The notes under the pieces: generated by a model
Databases searched by the model: none
Told to the model about the DNA's origin: nothing
What the model saw: the letters and a program-made list of their open reading frames with translations, nothing else
Shown: piece after piece, positions 1-17,300 of the stretch
How positions within the stretch are numbered: position 1 is the stretch's first letter
Layout: each line of letters opens with the position of its first letter
Translations under genes and position numbers: made by a program
From: Prorocentrum cordatum
Lineage: Eukaryota
Direction of reading: 5' to 3'
NCBI GenBank assembly: GCA_963575745.1
Contig: CAUYUJ010000086.1
Span: forward strand, 62,001 to 118,562
DNA: 56,562 nucleotides

Positions 1-639
1 TACATAAGAGGTTGTAAGGCTCGCTGCGCTTCGCCTTGTAATATTGATCCTAGCACCTACATGTTTGATTGACTCTGCGGTAAACATATTGATGTAGCCC
101 CAGCGCTGCTACGACCCTTCCCGAACGTGATGTTGGAGAGGCTAACCTGGCGCAGCCCCGATTGGCAACAGACCCGACTTGTTCCGTCCAAACCGAACGC
201 CAGGTTCGGCACTTGCCCAGCACGAAGGGACGGCAGCTGCGGTCGCCAGTTGTCTTGCGCCGGAGGTGGCGCTCGCAAAAGACGGATGTAGCCGAGGCTC
301 AAATGAGAGTATCAGTCTCACGCACGGATGCGGCCGGCGTTGCGGCGGTAGCACAAATCTGGAAACGGATGCGGCTGGCGCTTGGACGGAGCACCATTCT
401 CCCGTGAGGGCCGTGGGAACCGTGCGAGTGGAGCGGCATCACAATAGTCAATCAGGGGTGTGGCTGGCGCTGCGGAATGAGTGCCGCGTTCCATGAAGGA
501 TTTGGCCAGCGCACAGACGGCAGCATGTCCCAGACAGGGGTGTGGCCAGCGCTCGGGCGAGAGCGCCAATCCCATGCAGGAATGGGGCTTGTGCGCGACC
601 GGCAGCATCATCTGCAATGAGGGCTGTGGCCTCTTGAAG

Positions 640-1290
640 CCTTGGGAAGCTTTCTGGGAGTCTTTTGGAAGCATTCTGGAAACTCTGGGGGCCTCTTGGG
701 CTTTCTTGGGGTCCTTTTGGGGCTCTTTTGGGCCGGCTGTGGGCCCTCTTGGGCGGACCTGGGGAGCTGGGGCCGGTTTGGAGCCCTCTGGGGGTCCTCT
801 TTGGCCGTCCAGGGGGCCTCCTATGCCTCTCTTGGAGCTCCCTTGGGGCCCCTGCGGGACCCTCTGGGGCCCCTCTTGGCCGTCTTGGGACTCTCTTGGG
901 CCGTCTCAGAGCCCTCTTGGGCTGTCTTGGGGCTCTCTTGATGGCCTCTTGGGCTGTCTTGGGGCGATCTCGGGGGCCTCTTGGCCAATCTTGGACGCTG
1001 TCAGAGCCGGAGAAGCGAATATGCTAAAAATGCACGTTTCCCGCACGGAATTTGATGATTGTTGCCTCTTGGGGGCCTTCGGGGGCCTTCGGGGGCCTCT
1101 TGGGCTGTTTTCAAGTCTCTCTGGTCGTGAAGAAGCCGTCTTGGGCTCTCTCTCGGAGCGCTCTCGGGCCGTCTTGGGGCGATCTCGGGCCTTTCTGAGG
1201 GCGTCAGGGAAGTGCCTTTCGCCGTCTGGGGAGCCCGATGTAAGCCCCGCTGAACGCATTGTGGAGCTCTCTTGGGGGCCTGTTCGGCCA
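640..1290 (+). repeat. Dispersed low-complexity repeat built of CTCTTGGG/GGGCC units, copy 1
   Basis: Dense CTCTTGG(G) units around an AT-richer core (gaagcgaatatgctaaaaatgcacg, ~1010). Related copies at ~10640-11260 (inverted) and ~21280-21890. Boundaries approximate. Confidence 0.7.
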
Positions 1291-1384
1291 TCAGGGGGGG
1301 CTGAAGGCGTATGCCTCCCCCCCTCGGGGTGGGGGTGACGGTGATATGCAGGGTTTTTCATCAAATTTTCATCGGTCGAATATG

Positions 1385-1495
1385 TACATTTGTGTATATG
1401 TATACATATATTTATGTATATATATATATATATGTATATGTATATATATATATATGTGTGTATGTAAGTGTGTGTGTATATATATATATATATAT
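1385..1495. repeat. (TA)n/(TG)n microsatellite
   Basis: Directly visible. Confidence 0.95.
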
Positions 1496-2136
1496 TAAGC
1501 ATGTCGTGGTGCATCAGACGAGGCACGAGTGAATGTAACGTACAGCGCGCTCAGGACGGGAGCGCTTGAGGCGCTGCTGTTATGTATCGTGGCCGAGCCA
1601 ATCGGGCTCGCAGCGGGATGCCAACGATTAGACGAGCACGGAGTTGTTTGCGCCCCCTGCTGTTGCGCCTCGGCAGCTTCGCCTTCGGTCCGCTGCCTCG
1701 GCAGTCCGCGTCGCATCTCCCAGAGCGCCCGCGCCTGCGGCCCGTCAGGCCGTGAACCATCATATCCCCATCCGATGCTTGGGGAGACCCTCGGGTTCAC
1801 ACAGCTCCAAGCCAGTCGGTGGATGCGGACCAGGTCCATGGGGTGTGTACCAGAGGGACCTGCGGGCTTGAGCGAGGGCAGGCTTCTTGCGCCCGACCTC
1901 GTGGGACGGGGCGCTTTGTCCGTGCACGCCTCCCCGCTGGCCGAGCGGCCTCTCCAGGTTGGGATGGATGCCATTTCCGTCGGGCACCGTGGCACCTCTC
2001 TTGGTGCACCGTCGGCGTCGAGGAGCCTTGGCCCGCTGGTTCGGTAGCAAATCGTGTTAGCCTTGCATGTCCTCGTCATTTCCGTCTTTAGAGCGCATTC
2101 GTGTGCGCCAGGGCGTGGTCATCGATGAGAAATCGC

Positions 2137-2216
2137 CGATTCAGCGTCGACTCGGCACCGATTTAGCGTCGATTAGCGTCGCTTCAGCGTCGTCGATCGT
2201 CGATTAGCGTCGACTC
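2137..2216. repeat. Short degenerate tandem repeat (T)TAGCGTCGA
   Basis: About 5-6 copies of agcgtcga-like ~10-mers. Confidence 0.7.
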
Positions 2217-4094
2217 GCCAGAGCCAGCAGGATGGTATGGTATAGGCTCCCGTGAGTTGCCGCTGAACGTTCTGGACGCAGTGGTGGCGCCAAGAATCGG
2301 GGGGTGGACAGACCTCCTACCCTGACACGTCGATGAAGGAATTGGCCGTTTTCGTTTCGCGAGAGGGCGTCGCGGCCGTCATCTTTTGCGGGTCCAGGTC
2401 CGTCGGTTTCGGCCCCAGGCAGTTTTCACTAAGGGGAGGTCTACTAGAGGGAGGTTTGTCCACCGCCGAAAGAAGCCCTGGCCCGCTGGGGGGGGGGACG
2501 GCCCGAGGGCCCGAGGGTGCGAGGAGTTACTGCGCATCCTTGATTTTCTTCCTCCTCCACCTCCTCCTCCTCCCCATCCCCTCCTCCTCCTGCTCCTGCT
2601 CCTGCTCCTCCTCTTCCTCCTCCTCCTCCTCCTTCTCCTCCTCCCGCCTGACGCCCGGGGGGGGGCCGCAGCCGCTGGGCTCAAGGGCCGCCCCTGGGGC
2701 GGCCCCCGCCGGAGCCCGCGGCCGCTCCGCCAATCGAAGAACCCAGATCGGAGGGCACCGACTGCTGGACGAAGTCTACGGTAGGGATGGGCACTCGACC
2801 TTTCTGAGGGTACCCTGACTTTCTGCTCCCCCTCCTCCTCCTCCTCGTCCTCCTCCTCCTCCTCGTCCTCCTCCTCCTCTCCTCCTCCTCTTCTCCTCTT
2901 ACGCCTACTCTTCCTCCCTCCTCCCCCCTCCCCACTCCCCCTCTCCCTGCTCCCTCCCCCCTCCTCCTCCGATTTCTTGCAACCTTGACTCCCGGGTCCA
3001 TCCTTCACCGCTTTCGACGGCCAGCCCCGCTCGAGAAGCCTTGGCATTGGCGTCCGAGGGGCCTGCCTCCCCGTCGTGCATCCTTGCCGTCACTCCTGAC
3101 GGTGCGCGCCCACAAACCGGCCCTGTCCGGGCCGATCTTGAGCCCAAGACCGCCGTGCACGCCTTCCTGCCCCGGCCCGGAGCGCGCACCCCCGGTCCCC
3201 GGGGCCCTCCAGCACGGTGTGGCGACCGCGTCGCGTAGTCGCGTAGTGAGTAAGTCGGGGTTCGGGGTCACCACGCGGTCTTGGGACTCGGAGCGTTCTC
3301 CGAGGACGCCTCGGGCGGCAGGGGGCCTGCCGGGTCCCTGGTCTGTGCTGTGTGACGGGCCACGCGGTGAGGCAGTTGGGGCTCCGAGGGCACCACGCGG
3401 TCCCTCGTCACAAGGTTTGGGCCCCGGAGGAGAAGTAGGAGGAGGAGGAGGAGGAGGAGGAGGAGGAGGAGGAGGAGGAGGAGGAGGAGGAGGAGGAGGA
3501 GGAGGATGCAGAGGACCAGTGTAAACCCAAGACTCATCAACGATGTTATAATAAACCCTCCCTCCAAGTTCCATCTTCACGGGCCCCTACATATGTTTGT
3601 TTTCACTGAAGGAAGTACCCCGTTGGAAGACAACCGTTTGAAAATGCTGGACTGTGCCAGAATATCATTCCTGGGACTTCAACGCCGCGAATCACCGTCA
3701 CTGTTGCGTCTGAACGATCTCGAATCGTGCCAGAGCGCCATTCTTGAGATGTCAATACGGCGAATCGACGTGACTGTTGCACCCTGTCATTCTTGTACCG
3801 TGCCAACACACCCTGTCTGGGACGTCCACCATGTGAACCCTTGGGGCTGTTGCAAACTCTTGCAACGAACGTGCGCGGTGCTAAGGAGATAGCCATATTG
3901 TGAAAAGGAACCGCCATTCATCTGTGGAACTCTTGCGAACTTTGGAGACGAATGTGCGCAGCGCTAAGGTGAGAGCCATATATTTTGAAAGCGACCGGCC
4001 TCCACCCGTGCAGCTCTTGAAATCTTTACGCTTCAGGATCTGCGATGGTGAAGAAGTCTAAGGCGAAAAGTAGATTGGAGACTGGACGAGGAGG

Positions 4095-8725
<4,631 letters not shown>

Positions 8726-8825
8726 NNNNNNNNNNNNNNNNNNNNNNNNNNNNNNNNNNNNNNNNNNNNNNNNNNNNNNNNNNNNNNNNNNNNNNNNNNN
8801 NNNNNNNNNNNNNNNNNNNNNNNNN
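8726..8825. other. Assembly gap (100 N)
   Basis: Run of N. Confidence 1.
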
Positions 8826-9715
8826 GGTGCTTCGTGGCTGGGCGGGGCAACCGCGACCCCAGTCTCGTCCGGCGGAGCACCAGCGAAGGAGAAACTGGAC
8901 AACTTCGAATTTCATCGGTCCGTGAGGGCTCGGGGCGCCGTCCGGGGCCTGGGGGCGGAGCAGGGGGCGGGGGGCGGCCAGGGGCCCCTGCGGGGCGCCG
9001 AGATTCTTCGCCTGACGAGACGATTCGGGCCGATGTAAACGTCGAAGTTGACTGGTGCACTCAGGAGTTTTTTCCTGCGGGAGCAAGTCGGAGTGCCTCC
9101 TGCTGGTGGGGAGATCCAACGTCCTCGACACTCTCCCCGGCGGCGACTACGCCGATGGCTTCGAGCGCAGCGTCGACCTGCTGCTGCGCTTCTTGTCCGA
9201 CAAGTCGGCGGGGGACGCGGCGCTCTTAGATGAGATCATCTATGCCAACTTCCGCGGGTTCGGCGGGCTGGGCAACGACGCCGACGGAGGGGTGTCAGGG
9301 TTCGTCGCGAAGAACGTGGTGTATCGATCAGGGCGTGCGTAACATTCTGCATAGTCTCGGCGCCTCTCGCTCCCACGCTTCGCGGTTTTGCTCGGGCCCC
9401 AACCCGTGCAAATTGGCGTGCGTCTATCACCGGTCAGCGCGTGTGGCCAGGGACGGGCACGCGGCCATGTACGCCGCCATGAAGATCCGGCTGGAGGATG
9501 TGCGCCTGCGGTACGGCGACGCTGCTGCCTGCCTGGCCGACGTCGACTTCATGGTTCCCCAAGACAACTCATGCAAGCTCGTGGAGGTTTTGCAAACGAG
9601 CACGACGGGAAACCTCTGCGGCAAGGGGCGCGGCAGCGCGCTGTTGGCGCACGGCGTGGAGAAGAGGGCGGCGGCCCCTGCTGGCGACTCGGGCGACGAG
9701 AGCGAGCCGCGTTGA
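8826..9715 (+). pseudogene. Frameshifted coding remnant, possibly a degenerate paralogue of the 30598-31728 aGPT-Pplase-like gene
   Basis: Protein-like sequence continues across several + frames (ORFs 8834..9229, 9055..9342, 9230..9715). Motifs GFVAKNVV, SGPNP and QDNSCKL are colinear with KFLGKNAF, MGPGA and QFVYCEI of the 30598 gene. Weak, by-eye match. Confidence 0.35.
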
Positions 9716-10104
9716 GGGTCCTTCAGAAAGCCAGCTCCTTGCTCCCATCTTTTCCGCCGCGCCATTCCCCGCGCCTCCGGATTGGTTCGCCCGCGTGGAT
9801 CCCTAGCAACCCTTCCCGCACTGCGGCTGCGCAGTCAACGTTTCACATTGCCCTTCCCACTGCGACGAATGGAGTCGGCGCAGCGCCATGCGTGGCTGTG
9901 GCGCCAATGCGTTGCAAGCAGCGTATCAGAGGTGGGGGAGAGAGACCGCAGTGGAACAGAGAGCGCCCCGCCGGGTAGTCGGTTTCGGTTTTGGTTCGAG
10001 TCGCGCGCGCGGGTGAGGCGGCGCTGTTCGGGGCCCAGCCATTGTAGAAGCCACAAAGAGCCCAAAGGGCCGCCGGGCCTTGCCCCCGGCCGCGGGTGGC
10101 CCCC

Positions 10105-10475
10105 CTGGTTGCCCCGCTGGTTGCCCCGATGGTTGTCCTGGAGGTTTTCCTGGTGTTTGTCTTGATGATTGGATTGGTGGTTGCCCTGATGGCTGTCTTC
10201 ATGGTTGGCCTGCGGTGGTCCCGGTGGTTGTCCTGAAGATTGTCCTGATGGTTGTCCTGTTGGTTGTCCTGGTGGTTGTGGTGATGGTTGTTCTAATGGT
10301 TGTCCTGATGGGTGTCCTGACAGTTGCCCTGACTGTTGCCCTGATGGTTTCCCTGATGATTCTCCTGGTGGTCCACGTGGTCGTCCTCGCGAATGGCCAC
10401 GCGGTGTCCCCGCGTTTGATTCTCGCGGTTGTCCCAATGGTTGGCCTGTTGCCTGTTCTGATGATTGTCCTGATG
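10105..10475. repeat. 12-bp minisatellite, consensus GGTTGTCCTGAT
   Basis: Roughly 25-30 degenerate copies visible. Confidence 0.9.
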
Positions 10476-10639
10476 CGAGCGACACAAGAAAGTTGAAGAA
10501 ATAATCAAATAACTCAGAGCCATCGCAAATCGACCGACCCCCCCTTTCCCGAATCTCCCTTATCACCCGTGGGGTGGTCCCATCGGCACATTATGTCGGA
10601 GTGTTGGGCCCCCTCCCGCGCTAACCGCGTGTACCCTCT

Positions 10640-11260
10640 GGGCTCCAGGGCCGGTTCTCGGCCTTTTGGGGGGCTCTGTCGCCCACGAGAGCGCTCCAAG
10701 AGGACTCGCGATTGCTTCCAGACGGCCCCGGACGCCTCCAAAACGGCCCAAGAGCGCCCCCCCAATAGCGCTCCAAGGGGGTTCAAGATGGCCTGAAAAC
10801 GGCCCAGGTCGCAGCCAAGAGGCCCCATGACGGCATCAACAGGGCGTCCACGTCTCCCGTGGGAGACAAACAATATTGAGTTCCATTAAGGGCCCCGTCG
10901 AGTTTTGCATGTTCGCTTTTATTGTTCCCCAGGCGCCCCAAACAGCCCAAGAGGATCCCAGAGGCGCTTCCGGACAGACCACGCAAGTTGGAAAAGGGCG
11001 CAAGACGGCGCCAGGATGGCCCAAGAACGGCCCAGACAGCCCCCAGAAGGTTACAAGAGGTCCCCACGAGAGCCCCAGAGGTGTCCAACTTGCGGGAAGC
11101 TCCAACGGCAATCGCCCTCAGGCGGCATCCTCCCAGGTGGTTCAGAGGGGCCCAAGATTGCTGAAGAGGAGCTCCAAAAGGCCCGGGACTTCGCCTATGA
11201 CGGCCCCTGTCGGCGCCCAAAGGACTCCCCCAAGAGGGCCCCAAGCCGCAGCCATCGCCA
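10640..11260 (-). repeat. CTCTTGGG-family dispersed repeat, inverted copy
   Basis: CCCAAGA/CCAAGAG units. The reverse complement of the core (aaagcgaacatgcaaaa) resembles ~1010-1030. Confidence 0.55.
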
Positions 11261-11389
11261 AAATCTGGCTCCATGACGCAAGCCCAGAGTCACACTTGCA
11301 CAATCAGGGCACTGCGGATCCTCAGAAACGGTTCTGGGGACCCCAGTTTCATGCACAGCGCGTTTGGACCACTTGAAATTACAGGTCCT

Positions 11390-14062
11390 CGGGCCGACGG
11401 AGGAAGAGGAGGAGAAGGAGGAGGAGGAGGGAGAGGAAGAGGAGGAGGATATGGAACAGGAGGAGGAGGAGGAGGAGGATATGGAGCAGGATGAGATCGA
11501 GGACGACGAGGAGGAGGAGGAGGAGGAGGAGGAGGAGGAGGAGGAGGACGAGGGTGGTGATGGCACAGGAGAGCGGGTTGTATTAAAGGAGGAGGGTCGG
11601 AGGAACGAGGAAAGACAAACAACCATAAGTTTTGGGGTTCACTTTGATGTCGGGGGAAGTGGTTTGCATAAAAACGTGGTGCTGGTTTCATTCGGGGTGG
11701 TTGGCTCTGTACAAACATGTTGCCGTAGAGGGAGTTACTTGGATGTCTGGGGGGTCATAAGGACGTAAGGACGTTGTGCTGGTTTTATTCGCGGTCGTTA
11801 TCTGGCACCCCGGGCGAAGCCGATGGAAGAGGAGGAGGAGGAGGAGGAGGAGGAGGAGGAGGAGGAGGAGGAGTGTGATGAGGAAAGGGGGGGAGTGAAG
11901 GACGCCGTTCTGGTTTACTTCAGAGTTCGATTCCTTGCTGGTTGACTTAGTTTTCTCACTGACGTCGTGCTGGTTTTATTCGTGGGTGGTGTTTACTGGG
12001 CAGCCATGCATACGTAGAGGGGAATCAGAGGCTTACTGCTTTGACGTTACGGGTGGAGGCGAGGTGGGAGGGGAAGGAGGAGGAGGAGGAGGAGGAGGTG
12101 GAGGAGGAGGAGGAAGATCGAGGCGCGATGAGGAGGGTGGTGATGGTACGGGAGAGCGGGGGGTATGATGGGAGGAGGGTCGGAGGAACGGGAAAAGACA
12201 AATAACCATGGTGGGGGTCATAGGGAGGGCGTTCTGGTTGTGTTCGGTGTTCACTTTGATGTCGGGGGAATTGGTTTGCATAAAGGCGTCGTGCTGGTTT
12301 TATCCGGGTTGGTTGCCCCTATGCACCTATGCTGCCGTAGAGGAGTTTACTTGGATGTCGGACGGGCCTGGTTTTCCTAAGGACGTTGTGATGGTTTTAC
12401 TCAGGGTCGTGTTCTGGCACCCCGGGCGAAGGTGAGGGAAGAGGAGGAGGGTCATGAGTACACGGGGGGAGTGAAGGACGCAGTTCTGGTTTAATTCAGG
12501 TTTCATTTCCGTGTCAGCTGACTTGGTTTTCTTAATGACGTCGTGCTGGTTTTATTCGTGGGTGGTGTTTCTCGGGCAGCTTTGCAGACGTAGAGGGGAA
12601 TTAGGGGGTCTACTTCTGTGTCATTTCGGGGGGACGCGAAGGGGGAGGAGGAGGAGGAGGACAAGGAGGAGCGAAGCGCGACGAGGAGGGTGGTGATGGT
12701 ACAGGAGTCGGGCGGGTACGATGGGAGGAGGGTCGAAGGAACGAGGAGAGACACATAGCCATAGGCCCGTGGTTGCTTGAGGAGATCGTTCTTGTTGTAT
12801 TCTTGTTTTTTTTTGGTGTCGGGAGAATTGGTTTTCATAAAAGGCGTCGTGTTGGTTTTATTCGGGGTGGCCACTCCTAAACACGTATGCTGGCGTAAAG
12901 GGATGCACCTGGATGTCAGGGGGATTTGGTTTTCACAATGACGTCGTGCTGGTTTTATTTGGGGTCGTTTTCTGGCACCCTGGGCGACGCCGACGGAGGA
13001 GGAGAAGGAGGGTGAGGCAGAGACGGGAGGAGGAGGGTACCTCATCTTGCTCGTGCATTGTGCCGCAGGAAGCGTTCGCGACTTGTTACTGGGTGAAGAG
13101 GGAAAAGGGGGAGGAGGAGGAGGAGGAGGAGCAGCAGGAGGAGGAGGAGGAGGAGGACGACCAGGAGGAGGACGAGGAGGGGAGCACCAACAGCAATTGG
13201 AGGGCGTGGTTCAATGACGTTTTCCTGGTTCTGATTCGGGTTTACCTTCGATGGTGAGGGGATTGGTTTTCATAAGGACGTCGTGCTGGTTTTATTCGGG
13301 GGTGGGGTGGCGGTTATGCCAAGGGTGCCATGCTGTCGTAATTGGGAGGGGGGGGGTCGCATAGCTTGGCATTCCATTGCTTCGCACAGCATAGCATAGT
13401 AGCATCGTGTATCACAGCGTCTCTTATCATTGCATATTGTAGCGTAGCGTAGGTCAGCACGGCACGGCATAGCATAGCGTAGTGTAGCATCGCGTAGCAC
13501 GGCATAGCATAGCATGGCATAGGATGGCATATCGTAGCAATCATAGCGAGGCAGAGCAGCGCACGGCACATCATTACACAGACGCCGACGGAGGAGGAGA
13601 AGGGGGGGTGAGGCAGAGACGCGAGGAGGAGGGTACCTCATCTTGTTCGTGCATTGTGCCGCAGGAAGCGTTCGCGACATGTTACTGGGTAAAGAGGGAA
13701 AAGGGGGAGGAGGAGGAGGAGGAGGAGGAGGAGCAGGAGGAGGAGGAGGAGGAGGACGACCAGGAGGAGGACGAGGAGGGGAGCACCAACAGCAATTGGA
13801 GGGCGTGGTTCAATGACGTTGTCCTGGTTCTGATTCGGGTTTACCTTCGATGGTGAGGGGATTGGTTTCATAAGGACGTCGTGCTGGTTTTATTCGGGGG
13901 TGGGGGTGGCGGTTATGCCAAGGCTGCCATGCTGTCGTAATTGGGAGGGAGGGGTCGCATAGCTAGGCATTCCATTGCTTCGCACAGCATAGCATACTAG
14001 CATCGTGTATCACAGCGTCTCTTATCATTGCATATTGTCGCGTAGCGTAGGTCAGCACGGCA
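11390..14062. repeat. Composite tandem repeat (CGTCGTGCTGGTTTTATTCG motif, GAG tracts, TAGCA pentamers) including a ~480-bp direct duplication
   Basis: The motif recurs more than 10 times. 12986-~13463 is nearly identical to 13581-14062. Confidence 0.85.
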
Positions 14063-14184
14063 ACAGCCAACAGGCACCCAAAAGGCTTCCAGGACGTCTC
14101 CAATATGCGCGGAGATGCCACTAGGAGGCGCACAAGAGAGCCAACCCTGCCTCCAAGACGCCTCCGAGAAGGCTTTCGGGCCCT

Positions 14185-14220
14185 CCATTTTGGCTCAAGC
14201 TCAAGCCGTTTGAGCTGAAG
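14185..14220 (+). other. Relict dinoflagellate spliced leader with a degenerate tandem second copy
   Basis: CCATTTTGGCTCAAG at 14185-14199 is the 3' 15 nt of DinoSL (DCCGTAGCCATTTTGGCTCAAG). ccgtttgagctgaag at 14206-14220 matches 11/15. The first copy ends 108 nt upstream of the ATG at 14308. Confidence 0.85.
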
Positions 14221-14307
14221 CATACAAGCGGATCTCGGTGCACTCCGGCATCGCACGTACACATCGCCAGACCTCTTGCTCTGAGGCGAGCCGCCGCTCG
14301 TTCCAGG

Positions 14308-17300
14308 ATGCGTTGGGCCAAACACATCGCAATCATGCTTTCCATATTCAGTCACGCGGGCTCGCTGCAGCTGAACGCTGACGACAAGAGCGGCGATGCC
14401 GACGGCAAGGGGGCCGAGCGGACCAACGCCTCTACTTTTCCATTAATCTCCCCAGTGATCTACCCCTTCGATCCGAATAATCTCGAAGATCGCTACATAC
14501 TACCAGCCCAGCAGAACATCGTAGACCTGGGCTACGGAGGAAGCTGTGAGCGCGGGTGGTACGACGTCCAGGGGCAGGGCATCTGCAACGACTATTGCAG
14601 GTGGGTTGGAAATTGTGGATGTGGAGGCAGCTGCTCAAGGTTCGACTGCGCGCTCGCAGGGTCGAGCAGCATCTACACGGGAAACGACTATGGGTGGGCG
14701 AGAGGGAGCCAATGCCCGCATCAGGGTGCTGAGACGAGAGTGCTTACCGTGACTGGGCAAGTCGGTCCAAGCAGCGCTATGTTGTCCCAGTACAATAATG
14801 TCCGTGCAGTCCTGCACCGAAGCGATTTCACTTTGTGGATTTTCGCTGTCTACCATGGGGGCTACACCAAGATGGTTGGTGTAACCATAGTGAACGGAGT
14901 TGAAACAGGTTCGCGATCTGCCCGATATGTGTCAGGGTATCACAGCCTGACGCGTGCATCAATCAGCAGTCTCTGGGACAGTGGTACTACAATGGCATAT
15001 TCATGTGGAGAAGGATACTGCCTCCACTACGTGCACATTGACCCGTCGGCAGCATGGACGCTCACGCAAGCCGTGCGAGTGGGCAACACGATCCGAAAAA
15101 TATCCAGTGGGTCGGCGTACGATGCCTCGGCGAGTGCGCACGGCATTGTAAGCGTAAGCATCCAGGCTGAAGAGACATGGGCACACAAACGGGTTGGTCT
15201 CACCGCTGATCTGACAGACAATTCGAAATACCCGAATGGAGCATATATAGGCCTTTTCCCAGCAGGGCGAGTCTACATACCTGGTAGAGCCGACAGCACA
15301 TACACGACGCATGATGTGTTCAGGTTTCAGTGGGAGGCGAACATGATTGTCGTGTACAAAAACGGTGTGAGGCTCCATTCTTGGTCGGTGGCAAGCCCCC
15401 CAAGGGGTGTGCTGTTGTATTTCTACGAGTACGGCGCGTCATTGCAGGTGTTTACTTCGCCGGTGTCCCTTTGGCAGCCAGACAACACGTGGTACGTCGT
15501 CGACGGCTCAACGGTGACAAGGAGTGCGGCTTCATCATGGCTCTGGAGGACCATAGCGTTTGGCCCATGGATAGAGTCAGGGACTTACACGGCATCGTTT
15601 GCATATGTCGCGTCGTCCCATGGCTGTACTCAATCGCCAGGCTGCAGTGTAGCATTCGGTGTCGTATTCGAAGGGTACGATCTTGGACAGAGCGGATGCT
15701 ACCACAGCAGCGTTGATGGGTACAATTGCCAATCTGGTCGAGGTCTCCAACTTCTAGGCAACAAGTGGGGTCAAAGTAGTTGGCAGGGTTGTTCAAATCA
15801 CGGTATTCAAGTTGGTGATGTGATCCGTGTGCAGATCGACATGTCCCTCGCAACAATGACCGTTGCCGTCAACGGTGTAAATTGCCCACCGTTCCAATCA
15901 CTTCCAAGTCAAGTTCGACTAGCGGTATCCACAGAAAGGGATGGAGACATTGTCGCTGCATTGCTGACATCATCGATCTCCACGACGCCCAGCCCCACGG
16001 CCAGCCCTACGGCCAGCCCGACGGCCAGCCCGTCGGCCAGTCCGACGGCCAGCCCGACGGCCAGCCCCACGGCCAGCCCTACGGCCAGCCCGACGGCCAG
16101 CCCCACGGCCAACCCAACGCCAAGCCCCACGCCCAACCCGACGCCCAGCCCCACGCCCACTCCGACGCCCAGCCCCACGCCCAACCCGACGCGCTACCCG
16201 ACGCCCTACCCGACGCCCAACCCGACGCGCTACCCGACGCCCTACCCGACGCCCTACCCGACGCCCAACCCGACGCGCTACCCGACGCCCTACCCGACGC
16301 CCTACCCGACGCGCTACCCGACGCCCTACCCGACGCCCTACCCGACGCCCAACCCGACGCGCTACCCGACGCCCTACCCGACGCCCAAACCAACTGCCAG
16401 CCCGACAGCCAGCCCAACGGCAAGCCCAACTGCCAGCCCGACGGCCAGCCCGACGGCCATTCCGACGGCCAGCCCGACCCCCGCCCCGACGGCCCCCCCA
16501 GCGGTGTACGGTGAGCTCTCTGCAACGGTGCTCGACCCAGAAGAGTTTGTGGCAAATTGTACAAATAACCCGGATATTCAAGCATCGATTGCGACCTACC
16601 TCGATGGTGAACTTGGTAGCACCGTCGACCCTCAGGCCATCAATGTGTTCTGCAAATTGGTTGATGGCAACGTCACCCTTGGGTACGAGGTCGAAGCCAG
16701 CTCGTTTGACGATACTCTTCAAGATATAGGAGCAGCTCTAGCAGGCATTGTAGCGGGGGGTGTTGGGGCTGCGCTGTTGTCGCTTAGCGGTGCGATGTTT
16801 GCAGGTGCAGCACCTGCGCTTGGGGGACTTGGAAGCCTGTTTGGCCAATTCTTTCAGGGGAATAGTCCTCCTGCTCCAAGCCCCCCCTCTTATGCGCCGC
16901 GACGGAGACGTTCGACGCCGAGACGGAGACGTTCGACGCCGAGCCCCACGGCCAGCCCAACTGCCAGTCCGACGCGCAACCCAACGCGCAGTCCGACGGC
17001 TAGCCCGACGGCCAGCCCGACGGCCAGCCCGACTGCTAGCCCCACGGCCGGCCCAACTGCCAGCCCGACAGCCAGCCCGACGGCCAGCCCCACGGCCAGC
17101 CCTACGGCCAGCCCTACGGCCAGCCCAACTGCCAGCCCGACAGCCAGCCCAACGGCAAGCCCAACTGCCAGCCCGACGGCCAGCCCGACGGCCAGCCCAA
17201 CTGCTAGCCCGACAGCCAGTCCGACGCCCAGACCCACGCCCCACCCGACGCGCTTCCCGACGCGCAGCCCCACGCCCCACCCGACGCGCTTCCCGACGCG

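Noticed and set aside
60..640. Possible LINE endonuclease remnant (EHHSPV resembling SDHxPV)
   Set aside because: Single weak motif, no consistent frame and no reverse-transcriptase motifs.
1495..2330. Possible tyrosine-recombinase fragment (WYTPHG) and a PBS-like tggcgccaagaatcggg
   Set aside because: Too short and degenerate; no LTRs or supporting motifs.
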